Part shown: positions 8,430 through 16,917 of the stretch, piece by piece
Layout of the letters: every line of letters begins with the position of its first letter
Position numbering within the stretch: position 1 is the stretch's first letter
Origin: Candidatus Geocrenenecus huangii
Lineage (GTDB): Archaea; Thermoproteota; Nitrososphaeria_A; Caldarchaeales; Wolframiiraptoraceae
NCBI GenBank assembly: GCA_023254095.1
Contig: JALNLM010000018.1
Coordinates: forward strand, 1 to 21,097
Reading direction: 5' to 3'
Length of the DNA: 21,097 nucleotides
Made by a program: the position numbers and the translations under genes
The notes under the pieces: model-generated
Seen by the model: the letters and a program-made list of their open reading frames with translations, nothing else
The model's database searches: none
Told to the model about the DNA's origin: nothing

Positions 8430-10421
8430 CTATAAAAGATTGAAATGCTGTAGAATTTTTTCAGATATTTTTTCACTTGTGAACCCGAAGTCCACCATCA
8501 GATCTTGATATGGAGCCGATTTACCAAATCTTTCAATACTAATTACTAGACCATCTTCTCCAACGTACCTATACCAGCATAGACCTCTACCAGCTTCTAT
8601 AGCAACTCTTGCAACACTTCTCGGAACAACTCTTCTTCTATAATCTTCATTTTGTAGTTCAAACAGCTCGAATGAGGCCATGTTGACTACCCTTGTCTTC
8701 ACCCCTTTTTCTTCGAGTATCTTCTTAACTTCAAGAGCTATGTGAACCTCTGAGCCTGAGGCAAGTATTAGTAGATCAGGCTCGTTACCTGAGTCTGCAA
8801 GTATGTATGCACCTTTCCTTATACTGTCAGCGGGCGGATATTTGCTTCTATCTAATACAGGTACTTTCTGCCTAGTCAGTATAATGGCGGTTGGACCATC
8901 CTTTCTTTCTATTGCTATCTCCCATGCTACTGATACTTCGTTGGGGTCGCATGGTCTGATAACCCAGAGATTAGGTATTAGCCTAAGTGATGAGAGCTGT
9001 TCTACTGGTTGATGTGTTGGGCCATCTTCTCCAACCCATACAGAATCATGGCTGAACACATAGATTACCTGTAGGTCTGCCATTGCAGCTAATCTTATCG
9101 CTGGCCGCATGTAGTCTGAGAATACTAAGAACGTACCACCGTAGGGCAGTATGCCCCCATGATACACCATTCCGTTCATTATGGCCCCCATAGCATGCTC
9201 TCTCACACCATAGTGTATATTCCTGCCTAGAGGGTTATCAGCCTGGAAATCTCCTAAACCCTGTAGATACGTGCTAGTCGATTCGAACAGGTCAGCCGAG
9301 CCACCCACCATTGTTGGGATGTATTTAGCGATTGCATTCAATACCTTGCCGCTTGCAGCTCTTGTAGCCATCCCCTCGCTGAACACTGGTAGATGCTTTT
9401 TGTATTCTTCTCCCCAATCTCTATTGAAAGATCTTAATAATAACTCTGCAAGCTCAGGATATTTTTCATTATACTTTTCAAATAATTTCCTCCATTCTGC
9501 TTCTCTCCTTAATCCCAGTTTAATCTTCTCTTCTCTATATTTCCAAACTTCTTCAGGTACGTAGAATTCTTGAAGAGACCAACTAAGTTTCTTCTTCATC
9601 TCATCCACTATTTCTTTTCCGAGAGGAGCCCCATGCGCACGACTATCGTCTTGAAGCCTACTTCCATAAGCTAGATGAGTTCTAACAGCTATAAATGAAG
9701 GTTTATCCTTTTGCTCTCTTGCATTTCTTATAGCATTCTCAATCTTTGATAAATTGTATCCATCTTCGATGTCTTGCACATACCAGCCTAGAGCGTCAAA
9801 TCTTTCTACGACGTTCTCAGACCACGCTAAAGACGTCGGCCCATCGATGGTAACCTTGTTATTATCCCAGACAACTATTAATTTACTAATTTTGAAGTGC
9901 CCAGCTAAGGCTGCTGCTTCGCTGGATACTCCCTCCATCAAGTCTCCATCGCTTGCTAAGACATACGTGTAATGGTCTATTATGTTGAATCCGTCTTTAT
10001 TGAAGTAGCTTGAAAGATACTTCTCAGCTATAGCCATGCCAACACTATTCCCGAATCCCTGCCCAAGCGGTCCAGATGTAACTTCAACTCCAGGGGTCAA
10101 CGTATTCTCAGGGTGGCCAGGAGTAATACTATCTAATCGCCTAAACCTTCTCAAGTCTTCTATAGTTACATCATAACCATTTACGAAAAGTAACGAGTAA
10201 AGCATTGCACTTGCATGACCAGCCGACAAAACGAATCTATCACGATCTATCCACTTAGGATTCTTAGGATTAAACTTCAAGAACCTATCAAAGATTATAT
10301 ACGCTATGTGAGAAGCCCCCAGAGGCATACCAGGATGACCAGATTTAGCAAACTCAACTTGATCCGCACTTAGGAATCTTATAGTATTTATTACCAATTC
10401 ATCCATATCCTTATCTTTCAT
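8430..10421 (-). CDS. tkt: Transketolase, full-length single-chain bacterial type
   Basis: SGHPGMPLG, DRDRFVLSAGHAS, TPGHPE, GPLGQG, ThDP motif SDGDLMEG...NN, GSADL, GVREHAM, GEDGPTHQP and FGKSAP; 663 aa. Confidence 0.97.
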   Translation of the reverse strand: MKDKDMDELVINTIRFLSADQVEFAKSGHPGMPLGASHIAYIIFDRFLKFNPKNPKWIDRDRFVLSAGHASAMLYSLLFVNGYDVTIEDLRRFRRLDSITPGHPENTLTPGVEVTSGPLGQGFGNSVGMAIAEKYLSSYFNKDGFNIIDHYTYVLASDGDLMEGVSSEAAALAGHFKISKLIVVWDNNKVTIDGPTSLAWSENVVERFDALGWYVQDIEDGYNLSKIENAIRNAREQKDKPSFIAVRTHLAYGSRLQDDSRAHGAPLGKEIVDEMKKKLSWSLQEFYVPEEVWKYREEKIKLGLRREAEWRKLFEKYNEKYPELAELLLRSFNRDWGEEYKKHLPVFSEGMATRAASGKVLNAIAKYIPTMVGGSADLFESTSTYLQGLGDFQADNPLGRNIHYGVREHAMGAIMNGMVYHGGILPYGGTFLVFSDYMRPAIRLAAMADLQVIYVFSHDSVWVGEDGPTHQPVEQLSSLRLIPNLWVIRPCDPNEVSVAWEIAIERKDGPTAIILTRQKVPVLDRSKYPPADSIRKGAYILADSGNEPDLLILASGSEVHIALEVKKILEEKGVKTRVVNMASFELFELQNEDYRRRVVPRSVARVAIEAGRGLCWYRYVGEDGLVISIERFGKSAPYQDLMVDFGFTSEKISEKILQHFNLL

Positions 10422-10530
10422 ATTTTTAGATCCTTAATTCTCTATGTTATATTTTAAATTATTTTTCAGTATTATCCTATACTATGTGGAAGGAAAAATA
10501 GCCATAAACATCGACAGCTGCCGATATTTA

Positions 10531-11310
10531 TTATTTTTCGATTATGTTTAAAGCTTCTTCAACTTCTTTATCTTCATGTAGGATAGCGACTAAGGCTTTT
10601 ACAACTTTCTCTGGTTTTTCATGCTGCCATATATTTCTACCGATAGTTCCACCTGTTGCACCTGCCTCCACGGCTTCTTTCAGCATCAATAAAAATTCTC
10701 TCAAGCTTTCAATCTTGGGACCACCCATTACAGTGATAGGAACAGGTGTTGATTTTACGACTTCACTGTATCTAGATGGTGGTCCAACATACGCTGTTTT
10801 AATAATATCTCCTCCAAGCTCAGCCCCAATTCTAGCAGCCTGCTTTACTTTCTCCACGTCATAGATAACTTTCCCTTTTTCATCACATGGAACAACTTCA
10901 GCCATGTAGGGCATCCCCCATTCTTCGGCTGCCAGTGAAACTCTCCATACTTTATTCATTGTCTCCCAATCAAGTGGTACGGGTCCAAAGTAAGTTGTCT
11001 TAACAGCATCGGCACCAAGTTTGACAGCGTATTCAACATATTTCTCATCGTAGGGTATCGACAAGACTAATGAAATCCTATCTTTAATCTTCTTAACAAG
11101 ATATTTACCTATAGCGGGAGTTACTAATAACGCATCAGCCCCTCCATCAATCATCTTCTTCGCTACAATCTCAATATGCTCCAGACATCTAAAATCTCCA
11201 ATCATCCCATGATCCATCGCCACGATGAGTGCTTTACCATCTTTCGAGAAAATATTCTTAAACCTGCATAACTTCCCAATACTTGAGAACTCGATTTCAA
11301 AACTTGTCAT
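10531..11310 (-). CDS. Class I aldolase, DhnA/LsrF/ADH-synthase family; substrate uncertain
   Basis: ALIVAMDHG, GADAV, AARIGAELGGDIIKT (Schiff-base Lys), MGGPK and GRNIWQH. Start is placed at ATG 11310, after an AGGTG RBS-like sequence; the track's extension to 11427 runs through promoter DNA. Confidence 0.85.
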   Translation of the reverse strand: MTSFEIEFSSIGKLCRFKNIFSKDGKALIVAMDHGMIGDFRCLEHIEIVAKKMIDGGADALLVTPAIGKYLVKKIKDRISLVLSIPYDEKYVEYAVKLGADAVKTTYFGPVPLDWETMNKVWRVSLAAEEWGMPYMAEVVPCDEKGKVIYDVEKVKQAARIGAELGGDIIKTAYVGPPSRYSEVVKSTPVPITVMGGPKIESLREFLLMLKEAVEAGATGGTIGRNIWQHEKPEKVVKALVAILHEDKEVEEALNIIEK

Positions 11311-11498
11311 CCTATAACACCTTGAGTCAAAATAGAACATCGAATCGCATAATTTAAAGATTAGCTGAAAAACCTCAAAACACAAAAAGTTCAGAAACCA
11401 TAATACCAATTGTTTTTCATCAAACAATTATCAATTTTTCTGTGAATGTATATTAGATTTGTTGAATAATGCTTATATTCTTCTCATCCGATGATTGA

Positions 11499-12632
11499 GT
11501 GATTATGAAGACTATTTCCTTCTCTGTAAATGATAAAATCCCTCCCCGAGAAGTTTGTGGATGTGGTTTTCCACATCACTACAATCTAAAAAACGTTCTA
11601 TTTGGAAACGTACTCGATTTATTAGAGCTTCTCCCTGAATTTGATATGAGTCCTCCGTATGGAGTATTTTATGATGAGATCACGTTTAAGGTATGTGGAA
11701 AGCAAGTTGTAGAGCAGCTAAACGCTGTTGAATTTAATGTAAAGTATCCAACATTTGATGAGGCGGAAACGCATTTGAGAAGAGTTAGAGATCTGAGAAC
11801 AATTATTGCCGTCGGAGGAGGTGCAGTAATCGACGTAGCCAGGTATGTAACTTACAGGGCTAAAACAACCTTTGTGGTAATCCCTACGGCTCCTTCACAA
11901 GATGGAATAGCTTCACCGAGGTCAGCTCTCTACGCTGTTTCTCCTGAGGGTGAACTGGTCTATAAAGGAACCGCTGAAGCAAAAGCTCCAGATATCGTGA
12001 TATTCGATTTAGATATCGTTTCTTCAGCACCAATCACATTGATAAGATCCGGATACGGAGACATCTTAACAAAGTTAACTTCGATCAAAGACTGGCAATT
12101 AGGAAGAGACGATCTAGGCGAACCATATTGCCCCACCGCAGAGAAACTTGCTTTAGAAGCTGTTGAATCCATAATAAATGTAGGTAGCGAATACAAGTCA
12201 GCTAACTCGATCATGAATCTATGCAAAGCTCTAATACTATCAGGGGCTGCAATGGGCATTGTAAATTCTACGAGGCCAGGAGGAGGTAGTGAGCATATGA
12301 TAGGTCGTCACCTAGAAATATACACAAAGAGAAAGTTATCTCATGGCATCGCGGCTGCGGTAGGAACCTTGCTTATGGCCTCTTTACATGAATTGAAGAA
12401 TCCAAATTGGTGGAGTGAAGAAAGATACAAGTTAAATTCTATAAGAGAACGATGTGAGAAATGGGATATTCTTAAATCATTGAAAGAAGCAAATATTCCA
12501 AGGCAGGTATTTGTAGAAGCGATCACCGAGTCTTGGAAAACTCGTCCTGAGAGATATACTATTCTCCATAAATATAAACCAGAACGTGAATTAGCCGAAC
12601 AGCTAGTCAGTTATTCAAGAATGGAGATCTAG
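11499..12632 (+). CDS. sn-glycerol-1-phosphate dehydrogenase-like protein (AraM/EgsA, DHQS/Fe-ADH superfamily), divergent
   Basis: VGGGAVIDV, IPTAPSQDGIASP, DLDIVSSAP, GYGDILTK...DW, RPGGGSEH, HG and C-terminal RPERYTIL; N-terminal CGCGFPHH. The start may instead be ATG 11505. Confidence 0.85.
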   Translation: MIMKTISFSVNDKIPPREVCGCGFPHHYNLKNVLFGNVLDLLELLPEFDMSPPYGVFYDEITFKVCGKQVVEQLNAVEFNVKYPTFDEAETHLRRVRDLRTIIAVGGGAVIDVARYVTYRAKTTFVVIPTAPSQDGIASPRSALYAVSPEGELVYKGTAEAKAPDIVIFDLDIVSSAPITLIRSGYGDILTKLTSIKDWQLGRDDLGEPYCPTAEKLALEAVESIINVGSEYKSANSIMNLCKALILSGAAMGIVNSTRPGGGSEHMIGRHLEIYTKRKLSHGIAAAVGTLLMASLHELKNPNWWSEERYKLNSIRERCEKWDILKSLKEANIPRQVFVEAITESWKTRPERYTILHKYKPERELAEQLVSYSRMEI

Positions 12633-12713
12633 GCAAGGATGTCTATAAGAATAATCATAAAAAATAACGGATAGAAAATACAAGAAAAATATAAAGAGGG
12701 TATTTGTAGTCTT

Positions 12714-14504
12714 CTACAATGGTCCTACTTTCTTGCCCATCCAACCGCTTTCTTTTAAGAAGTCGTCTATAGCTTGAGCTACGTATACAGCTATCTCTTC
12801 GCCTTTCATTCCTTTTCCGAATGCTTCCATTCCTTTGTCTCTGGCTAGAGGCAATATGTATGGGTAGACCACGCCTATATCGTTATCTGTTCCGAAGTGG
12901 CTCCTACCTGCTATCTCAGTTACTGTTACTATACCGCCCCATTCTGCATCTTTAGCTTTGAATCTGGGGTCTTGGAATGTTGACCATCTAACCGGTAATC
13001 CTACGTCTAAGTTCTTCTTTAGTTCTACAGCCTTTGATACCATGAATGAAGCGAATAAGAATGATGCTTCTTGTCTTGGGGAATATGCCGAGAGCACCCA
13101 CCCCGAGGGGTCAATGTATCCTCTAGGCTTTCTTGGATGGTAGTATGGTGCATAAGCTGGGTAGGGGGCAAATTCGAACTTTCCTCTCACGAGTGAGTCT
13201 TCAGCCGCTAAGCCTGTCGCCCAATGGAAGTAGAATGGCCACATGGTTGCATAATTACCGTCATACTTGAAAGCGTCATGAGCCTCGACAACTCCTATCT
13301 CGTAAGCTTTCTTCGGAGCATATTTTAACGAGTCTTCAAGCCACCACTTGTACATAGCTTTCCCACCCTCGCTATCTAGTCTTCCTCCATTCTTTGTACT
13401 GGCTCCTCCAATAGTATCATCCTTGACATTAATTGCCCATGGAGTTGATACTCCGTCAATGTGAGTTACCTCCAGAGGCATCTTTCCTTCTGGTGCGGGG
13501 TCGGCAAGCTGGAAGCAGTCATCTAGACCATCAGCGATATACCATCCCAACCAGTCTCCAGGTTTGACGCCGGTCACATACCCATACACTCCTTTATCCG
13601 GGTCTGTGAAGAACTCTGCTATGTCTCTTGCTTTATCTGTAGTCCAATCATCTTCTACCTTTCCAGATTTCTGTGCATCAAGGTAATACTGTCTCGGCGT
13701 CTTTAGCTCGTACCCATATCTCTTCTTGAACTCTTCCTTATTCTTCGGATCTTCAAACCAGTCTTTTCTGTAAACTGTTCCGGCGAAGGCATTGTATGCA
13801 TGAAGTGCATATAGATTTCCTTTGCTGTCGCTGTAGCTTGCTCGTAAGAAGAAGTCTTCAACATCAAAGTGAGGTGGAGTTAGCTCAGGTTTCCTCTTTA
13901 GCAAGTCCGTTATGTTAACCGCACTCTTATTATAGATATAGAATCCATTCATGTCTTGGTCTGTTCCGACTAGGTCATAGATTCCAGCTTTTAGTTTTGC
14001 ATCTTCCATGCTTTTAACAATCGTCTCCCAGTTTGACATTGATTCATACGTAAGCTTTATTCCCGTTATCTTCTCAAACCATGGACCTAAGTTCTTCTCT
14101 TCCCATACTGCACCCGGCACCGCTTCATACATTATGTGTAATGTTTGACCCCTATACGGTTTCGAAGCTCTAACGTAGTGGATCACTTCTTCCTCCAGCT
14201 GTTTCGGGGATAAGACCGTTACACCACCTATCCAATCAATCAACTGGTAGGCTGCCTTAAGATACGGTTCATCTTCAGGACCTAAACCTGGAGGATACGC
14301 AGGAGTAGTCGGAGGAGTGATGGTCGGGGTCCCGGTAACCGTAACTGTCTCTCTTACAGTCTCAGTAACTATTTTAGTCACTGTTTCTCTCGCTGCTTCT
14401 GGTTTAGCAAGATATCCTATAACTCCTCCAATGACAAGCCCAGCAATCGTTCCGCTTACAATTTTAAGAGCAGACCTTCTATCAACTTTTTCTCCGCCTG
14501 ACAT
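12714..14504 (-). CDS. glpV: ABC transporter substrate-binding protein, GlpV (glycerol)-like, with Tat signal/TM anchor and Thr/Pro linker
   Basis: VDRRSALK twin-arginine motif, hydrophobic helix and a T/P-rich linker. The core LSPKQLEEEV..YVRASKPYRG, YRKDWFEDPKNKEEFKKRYGYEL, IAEFFT and GYIDPSGW resemble the GlpV family. Partner genes lie divergently. Confidence 0.8.
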   Translation of the reverse strand: MSGGEKVDRRSALKIVSGTIAGLVIGGVIGYLAKPEAARETVTKIVTETVRETVTVTGTPTITPPTTPAYPPGLGPEDEPYLKAAYQLIDWIGGVTVLSPKQLEEEVIHYVRASKPYRGQTLHIMYEAVPGAVWEEKNLGPWFEKITGIKLTYESMSNWETIVKSMEDAKLKAGIYDLVGTDQDMNGFYIYNKSAVNITDLLKRKPELTPPHFDVEDFFLRASYSDSKGNLYALHAYNAFAGTVYRKDWFEDPKNKEEFKKRYGYELKTPRQYYLDAQKSGKVEDDWTTDKARDIAEFFTDPDKGVYGYVTGVKPGDWLGWYIADGLDDCFQLADPAPEGKMPLEVTHIDGVSTPWAINVKDDTIGGASTKNGGRLDSEGGKAMYKWWLEDSLKYAPKKAYEIGVVEAHDAFKYDGNYATMWPFYFHWATGLAAEDSLVRGKFEFAPYPAYAPYYHPRKPRGYIDPSGWVLSAYSPRQEASFLFASFMVSKAVELKKNLDVGLPVRWSTFQDPRFKAKDAEWGGIVTVTEIAGRSHFGTDNDIGVVYPYILPLARDKGMEAFGKGMKGEEIAVYVAQAIDDFLKESGWMGKKVGPL

Positions 14505-14529
14505 ATCAGCTGTAATTAAGGTTCTTGAG

Positions 14530-14544
14530 CTTAATATATTTTTC
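14530..14544 (-). promoter_or_regulatory. BRE/TATA promoter of the substrate-binding protein gene
   Basis: Minus strand reads AAAAATATATTAAG about 26-40 nt upstream of ATG 14504, i.e. leaderless spacing. Confidence 0.55.
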
Positions 14545-14919
14545 TACACAAAAAATAATTGAAGAAAGTTCAAAAAATTTGAGCTCCTAATGAAAAGTTG
14601 TTATCAAGCTTGTCCTCTTATCGTGTGTCCAGAATAGTAGAGATTTGAGGAGATGGAGAGTTCACTTTCACATGTATCCCATACAATTCGTTATCAAATT
14701 GTATACGTGTTAAGTACCATTTTCACTACTATCACTGATAGGAGAGAATACGTAGGAACAGAATTATTAAGATTCTGAAATGTTCAAGAAAGTATGAAGA
14801 GATCCGTTAACGATTAACACTCCATTCTTCAAATGTAGCACTGTAGTTCTATGCAGCGATAATATGAGTACTCGATTAATTTAAGGTTAAATACGAGGTA
14901 TGCCTCTTGAGTTAGCAGT

Positions 14920-15783
14920 ATGAAAACACAAGTGTGGCTATTATTTCCTGCACTAATATTAACAGCGTTTGTAGGCATTTTCCCGATCTTCGCTCTCGTC
15001 AACTATGCTCTCCAGACACCATTCGCTATAGAGAACAGATTTGTCGGACTAACACATTTCGGCTTTATGTTCAGGGATTATCGATTTATCGACGCCATAA
15101 CAAGAGGTATAACTTTTGCTGCAATATGCTTAGCAATAGAAATCCCACTAGGATTAGGGCTTGCATACATGCTTCGAAAACCTGGAAAAATAAATGCTGT
15201 AATCTCAGCATTAATAGCACTTCCAACATTATTCCCACCCGTAACAATAGGTATGATGTGGCTGCTAATGGCTAGAAGCAATGGTCCGATCGGAATGATC
15301 TTCAATACTATACTAACATCTATTGGAGCAGGTATTTATGACCCGTTCAGGAACCACATGCATGCATTAGGAACAGTAATTCTAATGGATGTTTGGCATT
15401 GGACAGGTTTAGTATTCTTAGTCTCTCTAGCGGCGATCTCAGGAATGGATGAGACATACGCTTTATCTGCTAGAACAGAGGGAGCTACAAGATGGCAGAT
15501 CTTTAGATACGCTGAACTGCCGCAACTGGTATTCCCATTAACGTTCGTCTCTCTTTTGAGATTGATAGATACATTAAAAATCTTTGATGAAGTATATATC
15601 TTAACTGGAGGAGGCCCAGGATTATCAACAGAATTTGTTACACAATATATTAGAACAGTTGGAATTGAGCAATGGAATGTAGGTTATGCATCTGCAGTAT
15701 CTCTTGTTTATCTTTATATCGTAATTGTTTTGTGTTGGCTCATGATCACTGTCTTGACTAGGGGCAGGGGGTTGATCGAATGA
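14920..15783 (+). CDS. glpP: Carbohydrate ABC transporter permease (GlpP-like)
   Basis: Multiple TM segments, IEIPLGL, MDVWHWT, an EAA-like loop (SARTEGATRWQIFRYAELP) and LTGGGPG. Confidence 0.85.
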   Translation: MKTQVWLLFPALILTAFVGIFPIFALVNYALQTPFAIENRFVGLTHFGFMFRDYRFIDAITRGITFAAICLAIEIPLGLGLAYMLRKPGKINAVISALIALPTLFPPVTIGMMWLLMARSNGPIGMIFNTILTSIGAGIYDPFRNHMHALGTVILMDVWHWTGLVFLVSLAAISGMDETYALSARTEGATRWQIFRYAELPQLVFPLTFVSLLRLIDTLKIFDEVYILTGGGPGLSTEFVTQYIRTVGIEQWNVGYASAVSLVYLYIVIVLCWLMITVLTRGRGLIE

Positions 15784-16595
15784 AGACTATCGGCTTTATT
15801 CTCAGAATTATCATACTCGTATTCGTTTCAGCTCTATTTATAATACCGATTTATTTTACTTTCTCCGTTTCTATCTCCTCTAAACCCAGAATAAATGAGG
15901 GCGCCATTGTTCCAGATTTCTATTTAGGACATTGGATAGAAGTAACCGGAGGTTTCGGATATTGGCGAGCAGGAATAATAAACTCTGCTATTGTCTCGTT
16001 GGCATGTATGTTAATAGCATTGTTGGTTAGCCTGCCAGCTGGGTATGTTTTTACAAGGATCAAATTTTTAGCGGATAAGCATTTATTCTTTTGGTTCCTA
16101 ACAAATAGAATGGCTCCTCCTGTTGTATTCGCAATCCCGTACCTAATGATCTGGAGAGGCTTGAAGATATGGGATACCTATACAGGTTTAATACTAGCCT
16201 ACATGGTCTTCGAAATACCTATCACTACATGGATCATCGCAAGCTTTCTTGCAGGAATTCCAAAGGAGATCGATGAAGCAGCATACATAGATGGATATAA
16301 TACATTTAGACTATTCACAAAGATTATCCTCCCACTGTTAAGACCTGCTATAGGCGTAGCCATGTTCTTCGCATGGCTATTCGCTTGGACTGACATGTTC
16401 TTCGCAAGCGTTCTAACATCAGTAAATGCAAAGACCTTACCGGCACAACTGCTTACGGCATTGGGAAAAGTAGGTTGGGGTGTAGAATACGGACCTGCAG
16501 CAGCCGCTGGATTCGTGACATTAGTTCCTGGACTAATGTTATTATATTGGGTAAGGAAGTATATCTTGCGAGGATTCATCTTCGGGAGGCTGTGA
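15780..16595 (+). CDS. glpQ: Carbohydrate ABC transporter permease (GlpQ-like)
   Basis: DKHLFFWFLTNRMAPP (characteristic of GlpQ-type permeases), EAA loop IPKEIDEAAYIDG and AAAGFVTLVPG; ATGA overlap with the upstream permease. Confidence 0.88.
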   Translation: MKTIGFILRIIILVFVSALFIIPIYFTFSVSISSKPRINEGAIVPDFYLGHWIEVTGGFGYWRAGIINSAIVSLACMLIALLVSLPAGYVFTRIKFLADKHLFFWFLTNRMAPPVVFAIPYLMIWRGLKIWDTYTGLILAYMVFEIPITTWIIASFLAGIPKEIDEAAYIDGYNTFRLFTKIILPLLRPAIGVAMFFAWLFAWTDMFFASVLTSVNAKTLPAQLLTALGKVGWGVEYGPAAAAGFVTLVPGLMLLYWVRKYILRGFIFGRL

Positions 16596-16599
16596 AAAC

Positions 16600-16914
16600 A
16601 TGACCACAGGCGTATTAGAATCATTCGAGTTATGGTTGAATGAGATGATGCCTTGGATGTATTGGAAAGGCGAAGTAGCATTATTCTTCATATTCTTCTT
16701 TTCTTTCCTGACAATCTTAGCAATCTATAATATTAAGAAGCCGTCCAATCCAAGAAGTGGAATCTTGAGGATTCCGACGACGTTAGGTGACAGGATCTTC
16801 GTCAGCGTTGTGATATTCATAGCAGTAATGTTGACTGTCGCTGCGTTAGGGTTACCATTGTATCTACTAATTATTGCGCTACCTATATTAATTATCATAC
16901 TCTTGCGGGGTTAG
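16600..16914 (+). CDS. glpU: Small integral membrane protein, DUF2160 (GlpU-like)
   Basis: WMYW...ALFF...P..PRSGILRIPTTLGDRIFVS matches the DUF2160 pattern; about 3 TM segments; directly after the GlpQ-like gene. Confidence 0.8.
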   Translation: MTTGVLESFELWLNEMMPWMYWKGEVALFFIFFFSFLTILAIYNIKKPSNPRSGILRIPTTLGDRIFVSVVIFIAVMLTVAALGLPLYLLIIALPILIIILLRG

Positions 16915-16917
16915 ACG

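Noticed and set aside
11311-11427. N-terminal extension of the aldolase given by the ORF track (likewise the extensions of GPN, TetR and Tal)
   Set aside because: The extensions run through TATA or operator sequence; downstream ATGs fit family N-termini and promoter spacing better.
8065-14562. Short opposite-strand ORFs inside tal, tkt, the aldolase, the G1PDH-like gene and the binding-protein gene
   Set aside because: Antisense shadows with no independent coding evidence.
14729-14745. Match of CTATCACTGATAG to the core of the Tn10 tet operator, suggesting vector contamination or Tet regulation
   Set aside because: Only the 13-bp core matches, the flanks differ and there is no other vector sequence; kept only as a generic palindrome.
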